This document shows, piece by piece, positions 1 to 11,990 of a stretch of 34,593 nt of DNA (positions are counted from its first letter, which is position 1; every line of letters starts with the position of its first letter). Location: contig NW_021831681.1 in the NCBI RefSeq assembly GCF_006345805.1, positions 1-34,593 of the forward strand, in the 5' to 3' direction. A program made the position numbers and the translations under genes. The DNA is from Octopus sinensis (Eukaryota). A model generated the notes under the pieces. The model saw only the letters and a program-made list of their open reading frames with translations. It did not search any database and had not been told where the DNA came from.

Positions 1-330
1 GTTTTAAGTCACATACGGACGTACGTTTCGAGATCAAGTCTTAGGAAAGTATAAGAATTAGATAATTCTACTTACCCAGACTTCTTCTCTCATCAGCGCA
101 GGATACAAACAATCATGAATGATTGAATATTGAATTTTGAGATAATAGAAGGCACCAACTCAACTCAGTATTAGAGCGAGCTAGAAGCCACAGCTAGTAT
201 CACCAAATTCAAAGTATGAATGAAAGCTTGTGTCACCAGTCCCTTCCCACCCGCGTGTAGCCAAGACAAAGTGCTGTGGTCATTTGCTGAGATGAATATG
301 GTTATGAGTAACAATGAAGGGTGATATTAA
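1..330 (-). mobile_element. Penelope-like element terminus (pLTR remnant)
   Basis: Contains a hammerhead with the palindromic minimal helix III known from PLE pseudo-LTRs. No ORF evidence; extent approximate. Confidence 0.45.
14..100 (-). ncRNA. Type I hammerhead ribozyme (Penelope-type, palindromic helix III)
   Basis: Minus strand reads UGCG-CUGAUGA-GAGA...(extended stem AAGUCU/AGACUU)...UCUC-GAAAC-GUAC-GUC-CGUA. Full core, helix I 4 bp, helix II G-C closed, ACGUACGU palindrome, GUC triplet. Confidence 0.85.
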
Positions 331-565
331 TTGTATGTAAGTATACATGTATGTATAGATGTATGTATATACGTGAGTGAGTATGTATGCATGTATGTAT
401 GTATGTATGTGTGTATGTATGTATGCATGTATATATGTATGGGTGTATGTATGTACGTTTGAATGTATGCGTGCATGTATGTATGTATGTATGTATGTAT
501 GTATGTATGTCTGTATGTATGTATGTATGCATGTATGTATGTATGTATATATGTATGTATGTATG
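330..565. repeat. (ATGT)n microsatellite
   Basis: Direct inspection. Confidence 0.9.
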
Positions 566-732
566 GGTGGGTGGGAATTGGTAGGTTTTGATTTTGATAT
601 TCCCATAAAACTTTTCTAATCCGATTAACGCTTGTTGTGGAGAATCCAATCCGAACAGCGGACTTCATTAGATTAAGTCTTGCGATTACTGTGTGGGTTG
701 AACGAAATACTTCCCACTCTGGATATTAAAAC

Positions 733-1242
733 AGTGTGTGAGTGTGTGTGTGTGTGTGTGAGTGTGTGTGTGTGTGTGTCAGTGTATGTGTGTGTGTGGG
801 AGTGTGTGTGTGTGTGTTAATATGCGTGTCAGTGTATGTGTGTGTGTGTGTAAGTGTATGTGTGTGTGTCAGTGTATGTGCGTGTGTGTGTCAGCGTGTG
901 TGTGTGTGTGTCAGTGTGTGTGTGTCAATGTGTATGTCTGTGCGTGAGTGTGTGTGTGTGTAAGACAATGTATCTGTGTGTGTGTGTCAGTGTGTGTGTC
1001 AGTGTGTGTTGGTGTGTGTGGGTGTGTGTTGGTGTGTGTGTATGTCAGTATGTGTGTGTGTGTTAGTGTGTGTGCGTGAGTGTGTCTGTGTGTCAGTGTG
1101 TGTAGGTGTGTGTGTTGGTGTTTGTGTCAGTGTGTGCTTGTGTGTACGTGTCTGTGTGTGTGTGTCAGTGTCTGTGTGTGTGTCCGTCCGTGTGTGTTTG
1201 CGTGTCAGTGTGTGTGTATGCGTTTGTGTCTGTGTATGTGTT
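733..1242. repeat. Compound (TG)n/TCAG microsatellite upstream of copy 1
   Basis: Direct inspection. Confidence 0.9.
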
Positions 1243-1484
1243 GGTTGAACGAAATACTTCCCACACTGAATATTAAAACAGTTTCCCAAGAATAAACAAA
1301 TAAAATTAAATAACAACATTAGTAAATAAATATATCATAATATATCCAGAAACAGGAATCATTTCACTTTACACGTGTCTCTCATTCATCAAAATATTTT
1401 GCTAATTATTGTGTGACAATATCAAACCATCTCTTTCCAATAATTAAACCTGTCAGACAAGTTCACACCCGCTTTTACAGTTCC

Positions 1485-1590
1485 ACCAATCGCATTGGTT
1501 CATAAATTTACGATAAGATCTATGCCAGAGCTGGGTTGTTGTGCGCTCAATAAATACGTGGAATTCAGTTACAGGTCTTCAGCTTAAACC
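1485..1590 (+). promoter_or_regulatory. Putative proximal promoter (also ~20138-20243 and ~34265-34370)
   Basis: Inverted CCAAT pair ACCAATcgcATTGGT (1485-1499), GATAAG at 1512, and a TATA-like AATAAATA at 1549-1556 about 30 nt before an Inr-like TCAGCT (1579-1584). Motif-based only. Confidence 0.35.
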
Positions 1591-1654
1591 TCGCATCTCG
1601 ATCTTTTGTTGAAGCCACACGAAGTATCACTTACGACCGACAACTGTCACCAGA

Positions 1655-1798
1655 ATGGATTTCGCACAACTGTCCAGGAATATTTCGCAGCGTTATTCCA
1701 TTTCTTCTCTCATAGCTTTTGGGGTTCTTCTCGTTCTGACGATCGTGATTCTTCATCAAGATTCAAGAATAGGAAAAATGGAAGAGAAATCGAAAACG
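1655..1798 (+). CDS. Gene copy 1, exon 1: N-terminal tail and hydrophobic signal-anchor of a short-chain collagen C4 (NC1)-like protein
   Basis: ATG at 1655 and 48 codons MDFAQLSRNISQRYSISSLIAFGVLLVLTIVILHQDSRIGKMEEKSKT, ending at a canonical ACG|GTAAGT donor (phase 0). Repeated near-identically at 20308 and 34435. Confidence 0.85.
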
Positions 1799-2209
1799 GT
1801 AAGTCATGGATTTTGTGTTAATATATGTATGTCTTTATGTATTTATATATGCATGTATGTATGTATGCATTTACGTATGTATGTATTAATATGTGGATGT
1901 ATGTACGTACCGATGGATAGATGGATGTAAGGATGTATGCATGAATCACTTACATATGTTCCTATGGAGCACACACACACACATAAGATCACACACGTAA
2001 TCACACACGAACACACAGGCGCACACACCTAAACATACATATATTTGTATATATAATATACATATATATGTATATATAAATATACATATATATGAATATA
2101 TTATTGCGTGAACATATATAGATATATATATACAAACAAATATATGCGTGTGTGTATCTATCACTGTATCACTCTGCCTATCTCTCTCTCTCTCTCTCTC
2201 TATTTATCA

Positions 2210-2249
<40 letters not shown>

Positions 2250-2277
2250 CTGTGTGTGTGTTTGTATATAAATATAT

Positions 2278-2480
2278 TCTTCTACCCGTTTCAGTCATTT
2301 GACTGCGGCCATGCTAGAGCACTGCGTTTAGTAGGACGAATCGTTTCAGGAATTATTCTTTGTAAGCCTATTGCTCATTCTCTCGGTATCTCTAGCCGAA
2401 CCGCTAAATAACAGGGACGTAAACACACCGACATTAGTTGAGAATCGATAGTGGTGCAACAATAACAGACACACATAAAA
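2278..2480 (-). mobile_element. 3' half of an Octopus-type SINE (paralogous copy ~20938-21135)
   Basis: Reverse complement of the 3' part of the SINE at 27352-27775 (gtttcagtcatttgactgcggccatgct...gccgaaccgctaa...ggacgtaaacacacc). Confidence 0.8.
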
Positions 2481-2509
2481 CATAGATACATACACACTAT
2501 GTGTGCTAT

Positions 2510-2541
<32 letters not shown>

Positions 2542-2645
2542 ACATACATCTATATATATATATATTCATAACATATATACATACACACATATATAGTTAC
2601 GTATGTATGTACATACATGTCTATCTATCAATCTATTTATCTACA

Positions 2646-2676
<31 letters not shown>

Positions 2677-2714
2677 TTTTCTATCTATCTTTCTATCTAT
2701 CTATCTATATATCT

Positions 2715-2746
<32 letters not shown>

Positions 2747-3437
2747 CATACATAAACACACATCCCAAGGAAACACAAAGAAGAGTGGAATTGTACTCCT
2801 GTCCGATCGCTCTTTCACCAGACATAATCCTGGAGAGGGAAATAAGTGCGTAATGAAAAAAATCTAATGGTGGGGTTCCAGCATGGCCATGCCCTGTCGC
2901 TGCAACGTTTAGCCCTATTAATATTAGTGTTAAGTATTATATCTAGATGTACACTTGCACACACGCACAGAAACAGACACATACAAACACACACACACGC
3001 ACACATAGGAATACGTACATATTTACACACATTTATCTATTTCTCTCCATCAGGAACGGAAGTGAGGCGAGTTTTTTTAATCTTTTCTTTCCAACTGAAA
3101 ATAAAACGTGCGAGTGCCAATGTAGATCGGTGAATTTCGTAATGTTTGACTGTAATTCACGTTGGTTTTTATATATGACAATATGTAAGAACGAATGTAA
3201 ATACATACACACAGACACACGGACAAACACACGCTCAAATAAACACAAACACACACACATACGCACGCACACAGACACACGTGCTCAATTGTACACGAAG
3301 AACCACACTATACAGTGTATGTCCACTCACATATATGTGTGCGTTTGTGTGTGTCTATGCGTATAAGTAGATATGTATATTTGTGATATTTATGGCGTGT
3401 ATGCTTGAGTATACGTGTATACCTATACATTGATATG

Positions 3438-3502
<65 letters not shown>

Positions 3503-4667
3503 GGATGTTTTCTATTCTGAAGCCAGGACCACAGATCTTTCTACTTAACTAAATAATCTGAAACTTCGTATGCTGATAGAGTCTAGCAAAACAAGACACA
3601 GGTTGGAACTAGTTTATTTGAGAAAAATCTATTTGATGACTTTAATCGTAGATTAAAACTGCGAATTTTAACCAATGAGATTGTTTGTTTTCATGTGTAA
3701 ACCTTGACTGCATTCTATTAGTGTGACGTAGAAAGCGCTTTTGTGACGTACTAACGTTCGGAAAACTGTAAACAAACACGGCAGACGAAATACGGCTACG
3801 CATTTCGCCCGGCGTGCTAACGTTTCTGCCAGCTCTTTGCTTTTTTAATATTAAATTTCGGCGAAGTTTCGCTTGTCGTAGCACAAGTTTTCCGTCGATT
3901 TCCGTAAAAAACTTTTATTTTTTCACATAAGTAATGAGAGCGAAAGAGACTAAGAGGAAGCGATTTTATGACGAGGGAAGTTTGTCTTTGAAGTTACCGT
4001 CTAGGGGAAGCATTGATGTACATGTGTGTATGTGTGTGTTTGATGGGGTGTGGGAGACAGTATGTTGTGTAAGTGAAGTGCTTCTGTTAGTGTGTGTGAA
4101 GAGACAGAGAGAGTAATGTGTGAAAGAGAGAGATAACTGAAATTTTTTACTCGGTGTATGTGTATATGTATGTCTGCATGTATGTGTGTGTTTGTATGTA
4201 TCTATGTATGTATGGCCAATTCATCGTAATTACGATTACGATGAATCGGCTATACATACATACACACACACACATACATACACACACACACATACTTACA
4301 CATACATACACACACACATACATGCAGACATACAGAATGGAAACATTTTCAATTTAATACATGTGGCTTATTAACTAGTTTTAAATATTGTTATTAGAAG
4401 GTGGCCGACTTGTTTACATTTAAGATGTTAAATACGTCACGAAATTGGTGGTCGAGACGGAGTAAATAAAATAAAGCCGAATGACGGAATATCATTGGTT
4501 AAAATTCTAATTATTAAACAACGTTAAACTTAGAAGTTACAATTCCGTTTTCATTCTGGTTTACAATTAAGTTTACTTTTGACACATTCTACCAGTATAC
4601 GAAGTTTCAAATTGTTTGGTTCAGTAGGAAAAATTTGAAAAAACTGGCCTCAAAATAGAAAAGATCC
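3503..4667. mobile_element. Non-autonomous DNA transposon (MITE-like) with long imperfect TIRs, inside a (TA)n tract
   Basis: Left end GGATGTTTTCTATTCTGAAGCCAG...TGAAACTTCGTATGCTGATAGA...GAATTTTAACCAATGA mirrors the reverse complement of the right end GGATCTTTTCTATTTTGAGGCCAG...TGAAACTTCGTATACTGGTAGA...GAATTTTAACCAATGA. Absent from unit 2. Confidence 0.8.
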
Positions 4668-4683
4668 TATATATATGTATATA

Positions 4684-4736
<53 letters not shown>

Positions 4737-4768
4737 TATGAATATATATATATAGTATATTATATAAT

Positions 4769-4800
<32 letters not shown>

Positions 4801-4808
4801 GTCTGTGT

Positions 4809-5081
4809 GGGGGCGCAGTGGCTAGTGGTTATGGCAGCGGACTCATGATTGTCGGATCGAGGTTTCGTAGTGAGTGTTTAATGCTCCACGAGTCTCAGGG
4901 AATTGGGTTGTGTTGATCTCTGCTGTACTCTTTCGCTACAACTTTCTCCCTTTCTTCTGTTGGCCTGCTCGCCTAGCCAACGGGGTGGCGTCATTTGAAG
5001 GTTAAAACAATGCGAAGCGCATTGTAACCATCGATGTGTAGCAACAACTGATAGCCTGGTCTGTGACGGTCATCACAGAGA
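4809..5081 (+). mobile_element. tRNA-derived SINE, second family
   Basis: tRNA-like head with A box (GGCGCAGTGGCTAGTGG) and a partly deleted B box. Homologous to 22808-23068 at the same intronic position. Confidence 0.75.
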
Positions 5082-5084
5082 TAT

Positions 5085-5151
5085 GATTTTGATTTTTGAT
5101 TTGATTTTTCCAGTTTCAGCTAATGAGCTGTGGCCATGCTGGGGCACCGCC
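5085..5151 (-). mobile_element. 5'-truncated SINE/LINE 3' end
   Basis: Minus strand GGCGGTGCCCCAGCATGGCCACAGC...GCTGAAAC plus a simple tail matches the 3' end of 27352-27775. Unit 1 only. Confidence 0.6.
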
Positions 5152-5869
5152 ATATCATACGCACACAATACACGCACACACACACGCATCCACACGTACA
5201 TACACACATACCAGCACAGATGTCCACGTATACCTTTAACGAACAATACTCATACAGATACGCACACACTTATACACACATGGGCACAGACACACACGCA
5301 CATACACGTACTTAAGCGCACACACGCACGCACATTACTCCCACAAAACTCCCAAAAACCCCACATACACACGCATGCACAAATTCACATACAACCGATA
5401 CATATACATACACACAATAAATGCCTACACGCGCACACGCACATACACATACGTATACACATATAGACACGGACACACACACACACGCAAAAACATGCGC
5501 ACACATACGCACGCACACAAGCACACGAATGCACACACCCAAACTCGACGCATACACACACAAACACACATACATACACAGAAACACTACAAAACACACA
5601 CACACACGATACATATACATACACGCACACACACACATACTTCAAACTAGCAGTACCTACTACTTGACCTGTGGTAGAGACAAAAGGAGCCACGCCCAAT
5701 TCCTTCGTTGACCTTATCACTACTAGCCCTACAACACGCAAAGAATAACAGCCACAACCACACACACATACACACACACACACACACACGTGTCATCATT
5801 GCACTCATACACTCATACACACACACGCACACGCAGACCTCCGCAAACGCACATATCCACACTTACACA

Positions 5870-6150
5870 CACATTCCTCCTCCTCTACCACTCTCCTGTC
5901 TTTGAAAGAACTTTTCTTCACCCATTTCCTTCCGGTCATTCAAAATGTGACCGCGTGTGGACCGTTGGCGATTTTTTTCCTCTGTTTTCCCTCCTCTGGA
6001 TCTTTCCTCGTCGTATGTTTCTGACGAAGAGCTCCGCTCGTAACGTTGATCGCTCCTTCTTTCCTTCTTTCCTGAGCGTCCGATGATACTATATTTGTTC
6101 CACGTCCTCACGTGGCTGTGTTCTTTGTGCTTTCTTGTTTGGATTAAATT
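5870..6150 (+). mobile_element. Old Penelope-like terminus remnant (paralogue ~24195-24460)
   Basis: Pyrimidine-rich block with a degenerate hammerhead, between microsatellites, shared by both units. Confidence 0.45.
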
Positions 6151-6168
6151 TAAGTATATATATACATG

Positions 6169-6202
<34 letters not shown>

Positions 6203-6208
<6 letters not shown>

Positions 6209-9020
6209 TATTCGAGACAAAACCACTATTTTGCAAAACAAACAAGGAAAGACTTAATCAATACATAAAATTTTAATAAATAGTCAAAAAAACCGCCACT
6301 ACAATCGTTTCTTGTCTTGATCGACAATCTTCAGGTGGACTTCCAATCTAAAAAATCAATATTTTAAAATATAAAAATAATAATTTTAAAATAATTAAAG
6401 TATGAATGAAAAAATATAAGTATATAATCCATATATAACCTATCTATAATCCATATATAATCAATATATAAACAATATATAAACTAAAAAAACCTATCAA
6501 CAATTAAATATAAAATATAAAATATAAAATATAAAATATAAAATATAAAACAAAACAAAAAAAAATAATAATAATAATAAACTATATATACACCCATACG
6601 CATATACCTAATTATATACAACCATACCTAACTACATACACTAAATCACACACCTATATATATATCCCTATACATACACATAAAATGTCTAGGCAACTAT
6701 AAATAAATAAAATAGCTAAATACTTCAACACAATACTTATTCATACTCACACACACACACACATACAACCACATTCACGCTCTAGAAAACGGACATCACT
6801 CAAAACTATGAACGGAGAAATGGAATAAATGGAATTAAAAATTATATTCACTTGGTAAAACGAACACTACTTAAAAATTATGAATGAAACAATGCAATAA
6901 AACAACAGACATCGCAAATAGACACAAATTACTACAAATTCCTTATCAAACCTACCATGATAACCAAAACTCATAAAAACATATAATGATAAAATCTCCC
7001 TTTACTAAACTCTATAACAAACCTATATAGCAATCCCCCTAACCTAAACATTCACACACAAATACACACACGTAAACCACACCCCACGACATATACAAAT
7101 ACCCACACCACTTACACATACCAATACATACATATAAACCTCAACATATACTCCAAAAACCCACTCAACCCCACACAGACAAATAAACACAAAAATTATG
7201 AATGGATTCTTTTATAAAACTACCATGATAAGCTAAAACTCACAAAACAGAAATGATAAAACCTCCCTTTACTAAACACTAAAACATACTTATATAGCAA
7301 TTCCTTTAATCTATACATTCACACACAAAACCACTCGTAAACCACACACCCATAACAAATACAAACTCCCACCCCACTCACACACACCCACAAGTACATA
7401 TAATCCTCAACATATACACCAAACAAAATTACTTTACCAAGGAACTTAACATATATATAAAAAGTATAACCGCTCTGGAAACGAACATCTCTAAATTAAT
7501 GAATGGAGAAATGGAATAAATGGAATTAAAAATAAAATTCACGTGGCAAAACGAACACCACTCAAAAATTATGAATGAAACAATATAATAAAACAACCAA
7601 CATCGAAAATAGACAAATTACTACGAATTCCCTAAAAAAACCATGATAAACCAAAACTCTTAAAAAACATATAACGATAAAATCTCCCTTTGCTAAACTC
7701 TATAACAAACCTATATAGTAATCCCCCTAACCTAAACATTCACACACAAACACACACGTAAACCACAGACCCACGACTTATACACATACCTAAACTAACT
7801 TATAAACCTCCATATACACCAAAACCCACTCCCTCCCCACACAGACAAATTAACTCATACATCCCAAAACCTATATAACAAACCCATATACACATTCACA
7901 CACAAACACACACACACGCAAAACACACACACACAACAGATACATATACTCCCTCACATATACGCATATACATACTCACTAAACTCAATATATACAACAA
8001 TATTTACACACCCACACTCATACAGATAAATAAATTATACAACTAAAAACTCGCACACAATCTCATATACATAAACACTCCTATGAAAATAACATTAAAT
8101 ACATCATAATTAACCAGAATATCAAAAATAACAATATGACATAAAGGTAAATAAAATACATACTTACAATTCAGTGTCAAATTATGAAGTGAAATTAAAT
8201 TCTTAGCCGTTAAAAAATCAAACCAAAATTACGTTACCATAGAAATAACTTATGTAAAAAAAGACTAACAAACAACTTGCAGTAACCCAAACCCATTCTC
8301 TATGCCTACCTCACTACTACACTATTCCATTCACAATTCCAAACAACGCTAGTCCTCCTCCCGGTTATTCACGTGGCAAAACGAACACCACTCAAAAATT
8401 ATGAATGAAACAATGTAATAAAACAACCAACATCGAAAATAGACAAATTACCACGAATTCCCTAAAAAAACCATGATAAACCAAAACTCCTAAAAACATA
8501 TAACGATAAATCTCCCTTAGCTAAACTCTATAACAAACCTATATAGCAATCTCCCTAACCTAAACATTCACACACAAATACACACTCGTAAACCACAGAC
8601 CCACAACTTATACACATACCTATACTAACTTATAAACCTCAATATACACCAAAACCCACTCCCTCCCCACACAGACAAATTAACACATACATCCCAAAAC
8701 CTAAATAACAAACCCATATACACATTCACACACAAACACACACACACGCAAAAACACACACACACAACAGATACATATACTCCCTCACATATACGCATAT
8801 ACATACTCACTAAACTCGATATATACAACAATAATTACACACCCACACTCATACAGATAAATAAATTATACAACTAAAAACTCGCACACAATCTCATATA
8901 CATAAACACACCTATGAAAACAACATTAAATACATCGTAATTAACCAGAATATCAAAAATAACAATATGACATAAGGAAAAAAAATACAATACTTACAAT
9001 AGTGTCAAATTATGAAGTGA
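6203..9020 (-). mobile_element. Non-coding Penelope-like insertion with internal direct repeats, unit 1 only
   Basis: The empty (TA)n site is at ~24455-24505 in unit 2. Hammerhead at 6296-6338. A ~655-nt direct repeat at 7537-8192 / 8367-9020 and an older copy from ~6778. Strong A/C strand skew. Confidence 0.6.
6296..6338 (-). ncRNA. Minimal type I hammerhead ribozyme
   Basis: Minus strand reads CCAC-CUGAAGA-UUGUC-gaucaa-GACAA-GAAAC-GAUU-GUA-GUGG, with all three helices and the core intact. Confidence 0.82.
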
Positions 9021-9103
9021 GATATAGATATATTATATGTGTAGAAATATGTGTGTGTATATGTGTATGTGTGTGTGTGTGTGTGTGAGTGTGTGTGTGT
9101 GTA

Positions 9104-9725
9104 CTAGCAGAAATACCCGGCATTGCTGGGGACTACAATGGCAAAGCTGGTATATAATATATTCCACTCATTTTGAAACAGGTGATATGGGAATGTGGAA
9201 CATTGACAACAAAACATTTGTAGAGTAAATGCTGGGCTAATTCTACTAAGCAACATGCTCTGCGTCCGTTTGGAGTGTTTCAGGCCCTAACATGTCATGC
9301 AAAATTGGAGGTGGGGTTTCTGTGATTTTTGAACGCACCGAAAAGCTGTCAGTGGATATACTCTCCTTTGCAGCAGTGTGCGCTGTGTCTAGCACGACCC
9401 ATCATCGGAAATTTTGACACCTCACGTCAGGTTTGATGTCCTACATCTCTCATAGAGTAAATTTGGAGGAAATTTGGTTGTTCATTCGCGGGTACCGGAG
9501 AACCAATGAGGGGATAGACTTGCCCTTGAACTTTGACGTCGGCGTAAATTCATGTTTATCTATCTTCTTAGATTCACCAAAGGATGTCATTTGAAATTCA
9601 GATTTTTATTGTCTGATATTGTTCAGAAAATCCTTTGACTGGATTAAAGCGCCTTCTAGAAGATTACTAAGGGGTTGAGATGGTAGTGTTGGCAATGATA
9701 CCTGTCCAAATATGTTGCATTGTTT
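9104..9725 (-). mobile_element. Helitron remnant (Rep/helicase N-terminal fragment plus 3' terminus)
   Basis: Minus strand encodes GQVSLPTLPSQPLSNLL...FLNNIRQ*..FQMTSFG..(fs)KVQGQVY.LIGS...NEQPNFLQIY, matching the Helitron helicase-like N-terminal region. It ends in hairpin CCCAGCAATGCCGGG + 8 nt + CTAG|T. Confidence 0.8.
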
Positions 9726-9792
9726 TAAGTTCTAAACGATACTAAATACCCTGAAGTTCTATTTATATGATGCTATTTCTATTTTTTCACAG

Positions 9793-9844
9793 AACCGTTT
9801 CATCTCCAAGAAATCTCTCGACGATAAACCTGATGACACACCAA
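9793..9844 (+). CDS. Gene copy 1, exon 2 (52 nt, charged stalk NRFISKKSLDDKPDDTP)
   Basis: Acceptor tttctattttttcacAG and donor GTAAGA. Phase 0 in and phase 1 out exactly bridges exon 1 and exon 3. Identical in copy 2. Confidence 0.8.
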
Positions 9845-10099
9845 GTAAGAACTGATTTTATGGCTAAAGTCTTTTACCCGTGACTCATTAACTAATGGTT
9901 TATAATTTCACCAACTTTGAATTAGTTCCACATTATTATCCTTATGTCCACAATAATACATACTAAGACACTTGCCTGAATTTATTTCAAACTATATTGT
10001 ACTTTACAATAATTTCCTGAATAAAATGCTTTTATATACTATGCCATTTATTGTGTGTTTATGAGTATATATGCAGTGTTACGTCGATAATTGTACCAA

Positions 10100-11990
10100 G
10101 AACTCTTCATCTGAGAATCAAATGCCCGAGCTGGCGCTTCACTGCGTTTGTATCTACAATTCAGCATTCTGTCCACTCTTGTGCTTCCAATCGTTCGTGA
10201 ATAGAGACCCGAAATAATGATGTTCCACTTTCCGACACAGTGCGTATTTGTCAATCCTTCCTTGGGGTACTCGGCAGCCAACCAATTCAGTGCACGTTGT
10301 TGGTGACCATCAGACGAATCAGGTAGCAGCATGTCGTCTGCAAATAACAGTCGACCGATCACGTAGAGATGGATTGGGATACCTCTACCACAATGGCTGT
10401 GCATATTCAACCAGATCACAAAAAGAATGTGATAAGGGGCACTAACAATGCACACTTCAACAAAGAAACCTTCTCGTTGAAAAATTTCGACTTTTACATA
10501 AATACAATCATTTGAACATCCATATAAGTACTTTATGGCAACCATTAAAATCACCTTCCTGGTAAACCATCCGTAACATGCCCCAGGGCACGTGATCGTG
10601 TGCATTTTCGTGGTTTACAGCGAATAAATCTTGGAAATGCTTCAACGATTTCTTGAAGATCTGTCTTTGAACGACTATGTGGTCGGGTGTAGTGCGTCCT
10701 GGACAGTAATCTTGGGCGCGACAATTTCCCTAAATATCTTTTACTGTCATTAGTGTAGGCTTTTCTATAATTAGAACACGCTACTTGGTCTCTGTTTGAA
10801 AAATTGTGATTATCACACCATATTACCATTGCCTTGGTGTTTTTTGAAGAGGTCCCATCAACCTAGCGTACACGTGTCACTCAGAGAATACCATCTGTAT
10901 TCAAGGTTTATAAAATATCAAGCCGAACGTGCTTTTCACCAGCAGCTTTCACTTTAAGTGAGTTTAGCTCAAATAAGCGTTCAACCGAAGAAGAACCTGC
11001 CGAAAATATAATACAACCACGAATCCATTTCGATGTCCAACTTCATTCAGGCGGGTCACTCTCATTTGGATGCAAAAGTCTCCTTTTCGTTTCTGATTCC
11101 AGCATCCACTGCGGCTTCCAACTGTATTCTGTAGGTCGCACTAGACTTACCAATTTCCAGTGTTCGGCAGACCGTAGAAATTTTCAGGTTTTCAGATATG
11201 TAGGTAGTGCGAGTTGACAATTCCACCCCTCCTTTTACCCGAACGTTCAGCAAAGAGTGAAAGATGACCGAACACTATCAGAAACCTCTGTCACCAAGTA
11301 TTTCTATACCAGGCACCCTTATAAATATCCTGTCTTCAAATAATATCTATACCATAGAGAGGAGTGTGTATCCTGCACAGAAGCCTGCTAAGACCTCTCC
11401 ATTAAGTTCACTGACGACGTTCCTTCCAATCAATCCTTCTCACGGTTATCAGTGCCAAGGTGTGCACTGAAGTCTCCTTGCAGGACAAATGACTTTACCC
11501 CAAATATATCTAAAGCTGAGATGAATTTGCTTAGGAAGGATTTGTATTTGACCTAGCTGTTTGCTGCATATACTTTCAACAGCCACAGTGGTCTTTCATA
11601 TTCAGCCTTAGTTTCAAGAGGTGAACCCTCACACCTAGTAGGTTTCACTCCATTATACAATCCGAAAGCTGGGGATTGAGAGTATCCTAATCCCACCTGT
11701 GCAGACATTGTTGGCACCACAGTTGCGTAGTGGAGTTTTCAAGCCTATATCCAGGTGTACGCTATCGGAAAGGAAATTTTGTAGAGGAGACACCGATTAT
11801 ATCTTACAGGCAGATTATATCTAACAATTTTGACGTTTTAATTCTCAATTATTAAAGGTTGTTCCCTTCTTGATCTGCTTTCGTGTCCTGAGACCGTCAA
11901 TTTTGAGCTCCCACCCCACGCACGCCAGAGATTAATTTGCAGGCTTCTTGCTGGTTGCACCGGTATTGGGTGGGTTGTGCTATACATTTA
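10100..11990 (-). mobile_element. Decayed RTE-clade LINE (APE endonuclease and RT fragments)
   Basis: Minus-strand motifs LQGDFSAHLG (APE), CSNYR, HDHVPWGML (RT3-like) and LLFADDMLL...QRALNWLAAE (RT5), with many frameshifts. Confidence 0.78.

Noticed and set aside
280-1319. Cys/Val-rich and His/Thr/Tyr-rich ORFs (also 5083-5862, 18760-19972, 23050-24053, 32117-32958)
   Set aside because: Translations of stop-free (TG)n, (CA)n and (ATGT)n microsatellites; no coding signal.
1560-1590. Minus-strand CTGAAGA near the promoter (also CTGACGA at 11411 and minus-strand CTGAGGA near 17450)
   Set aside because: No GAAA-helix III-UH partner or helix I pairing.
1655-1930. 91-aa single-exon ORF as listed in the track (also 20308-20583)
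   Set aside because: Reads through the GTAAGT donor at 1799 into intronic microsatellite; only the first 48 codons are credible.
4809-4880. tRNA gene (also 22808 and 27352)
   Set aside because: tRNA-like heads continue into SINE bodies, with no complete cloverleaf.
9830-9856. CTGATGA inside exon 2 as a hammerhead core
   Set aside because: Followed by GAAC rather than GAAA, with no helices; it simply encodes Pro-Asp-Asp.
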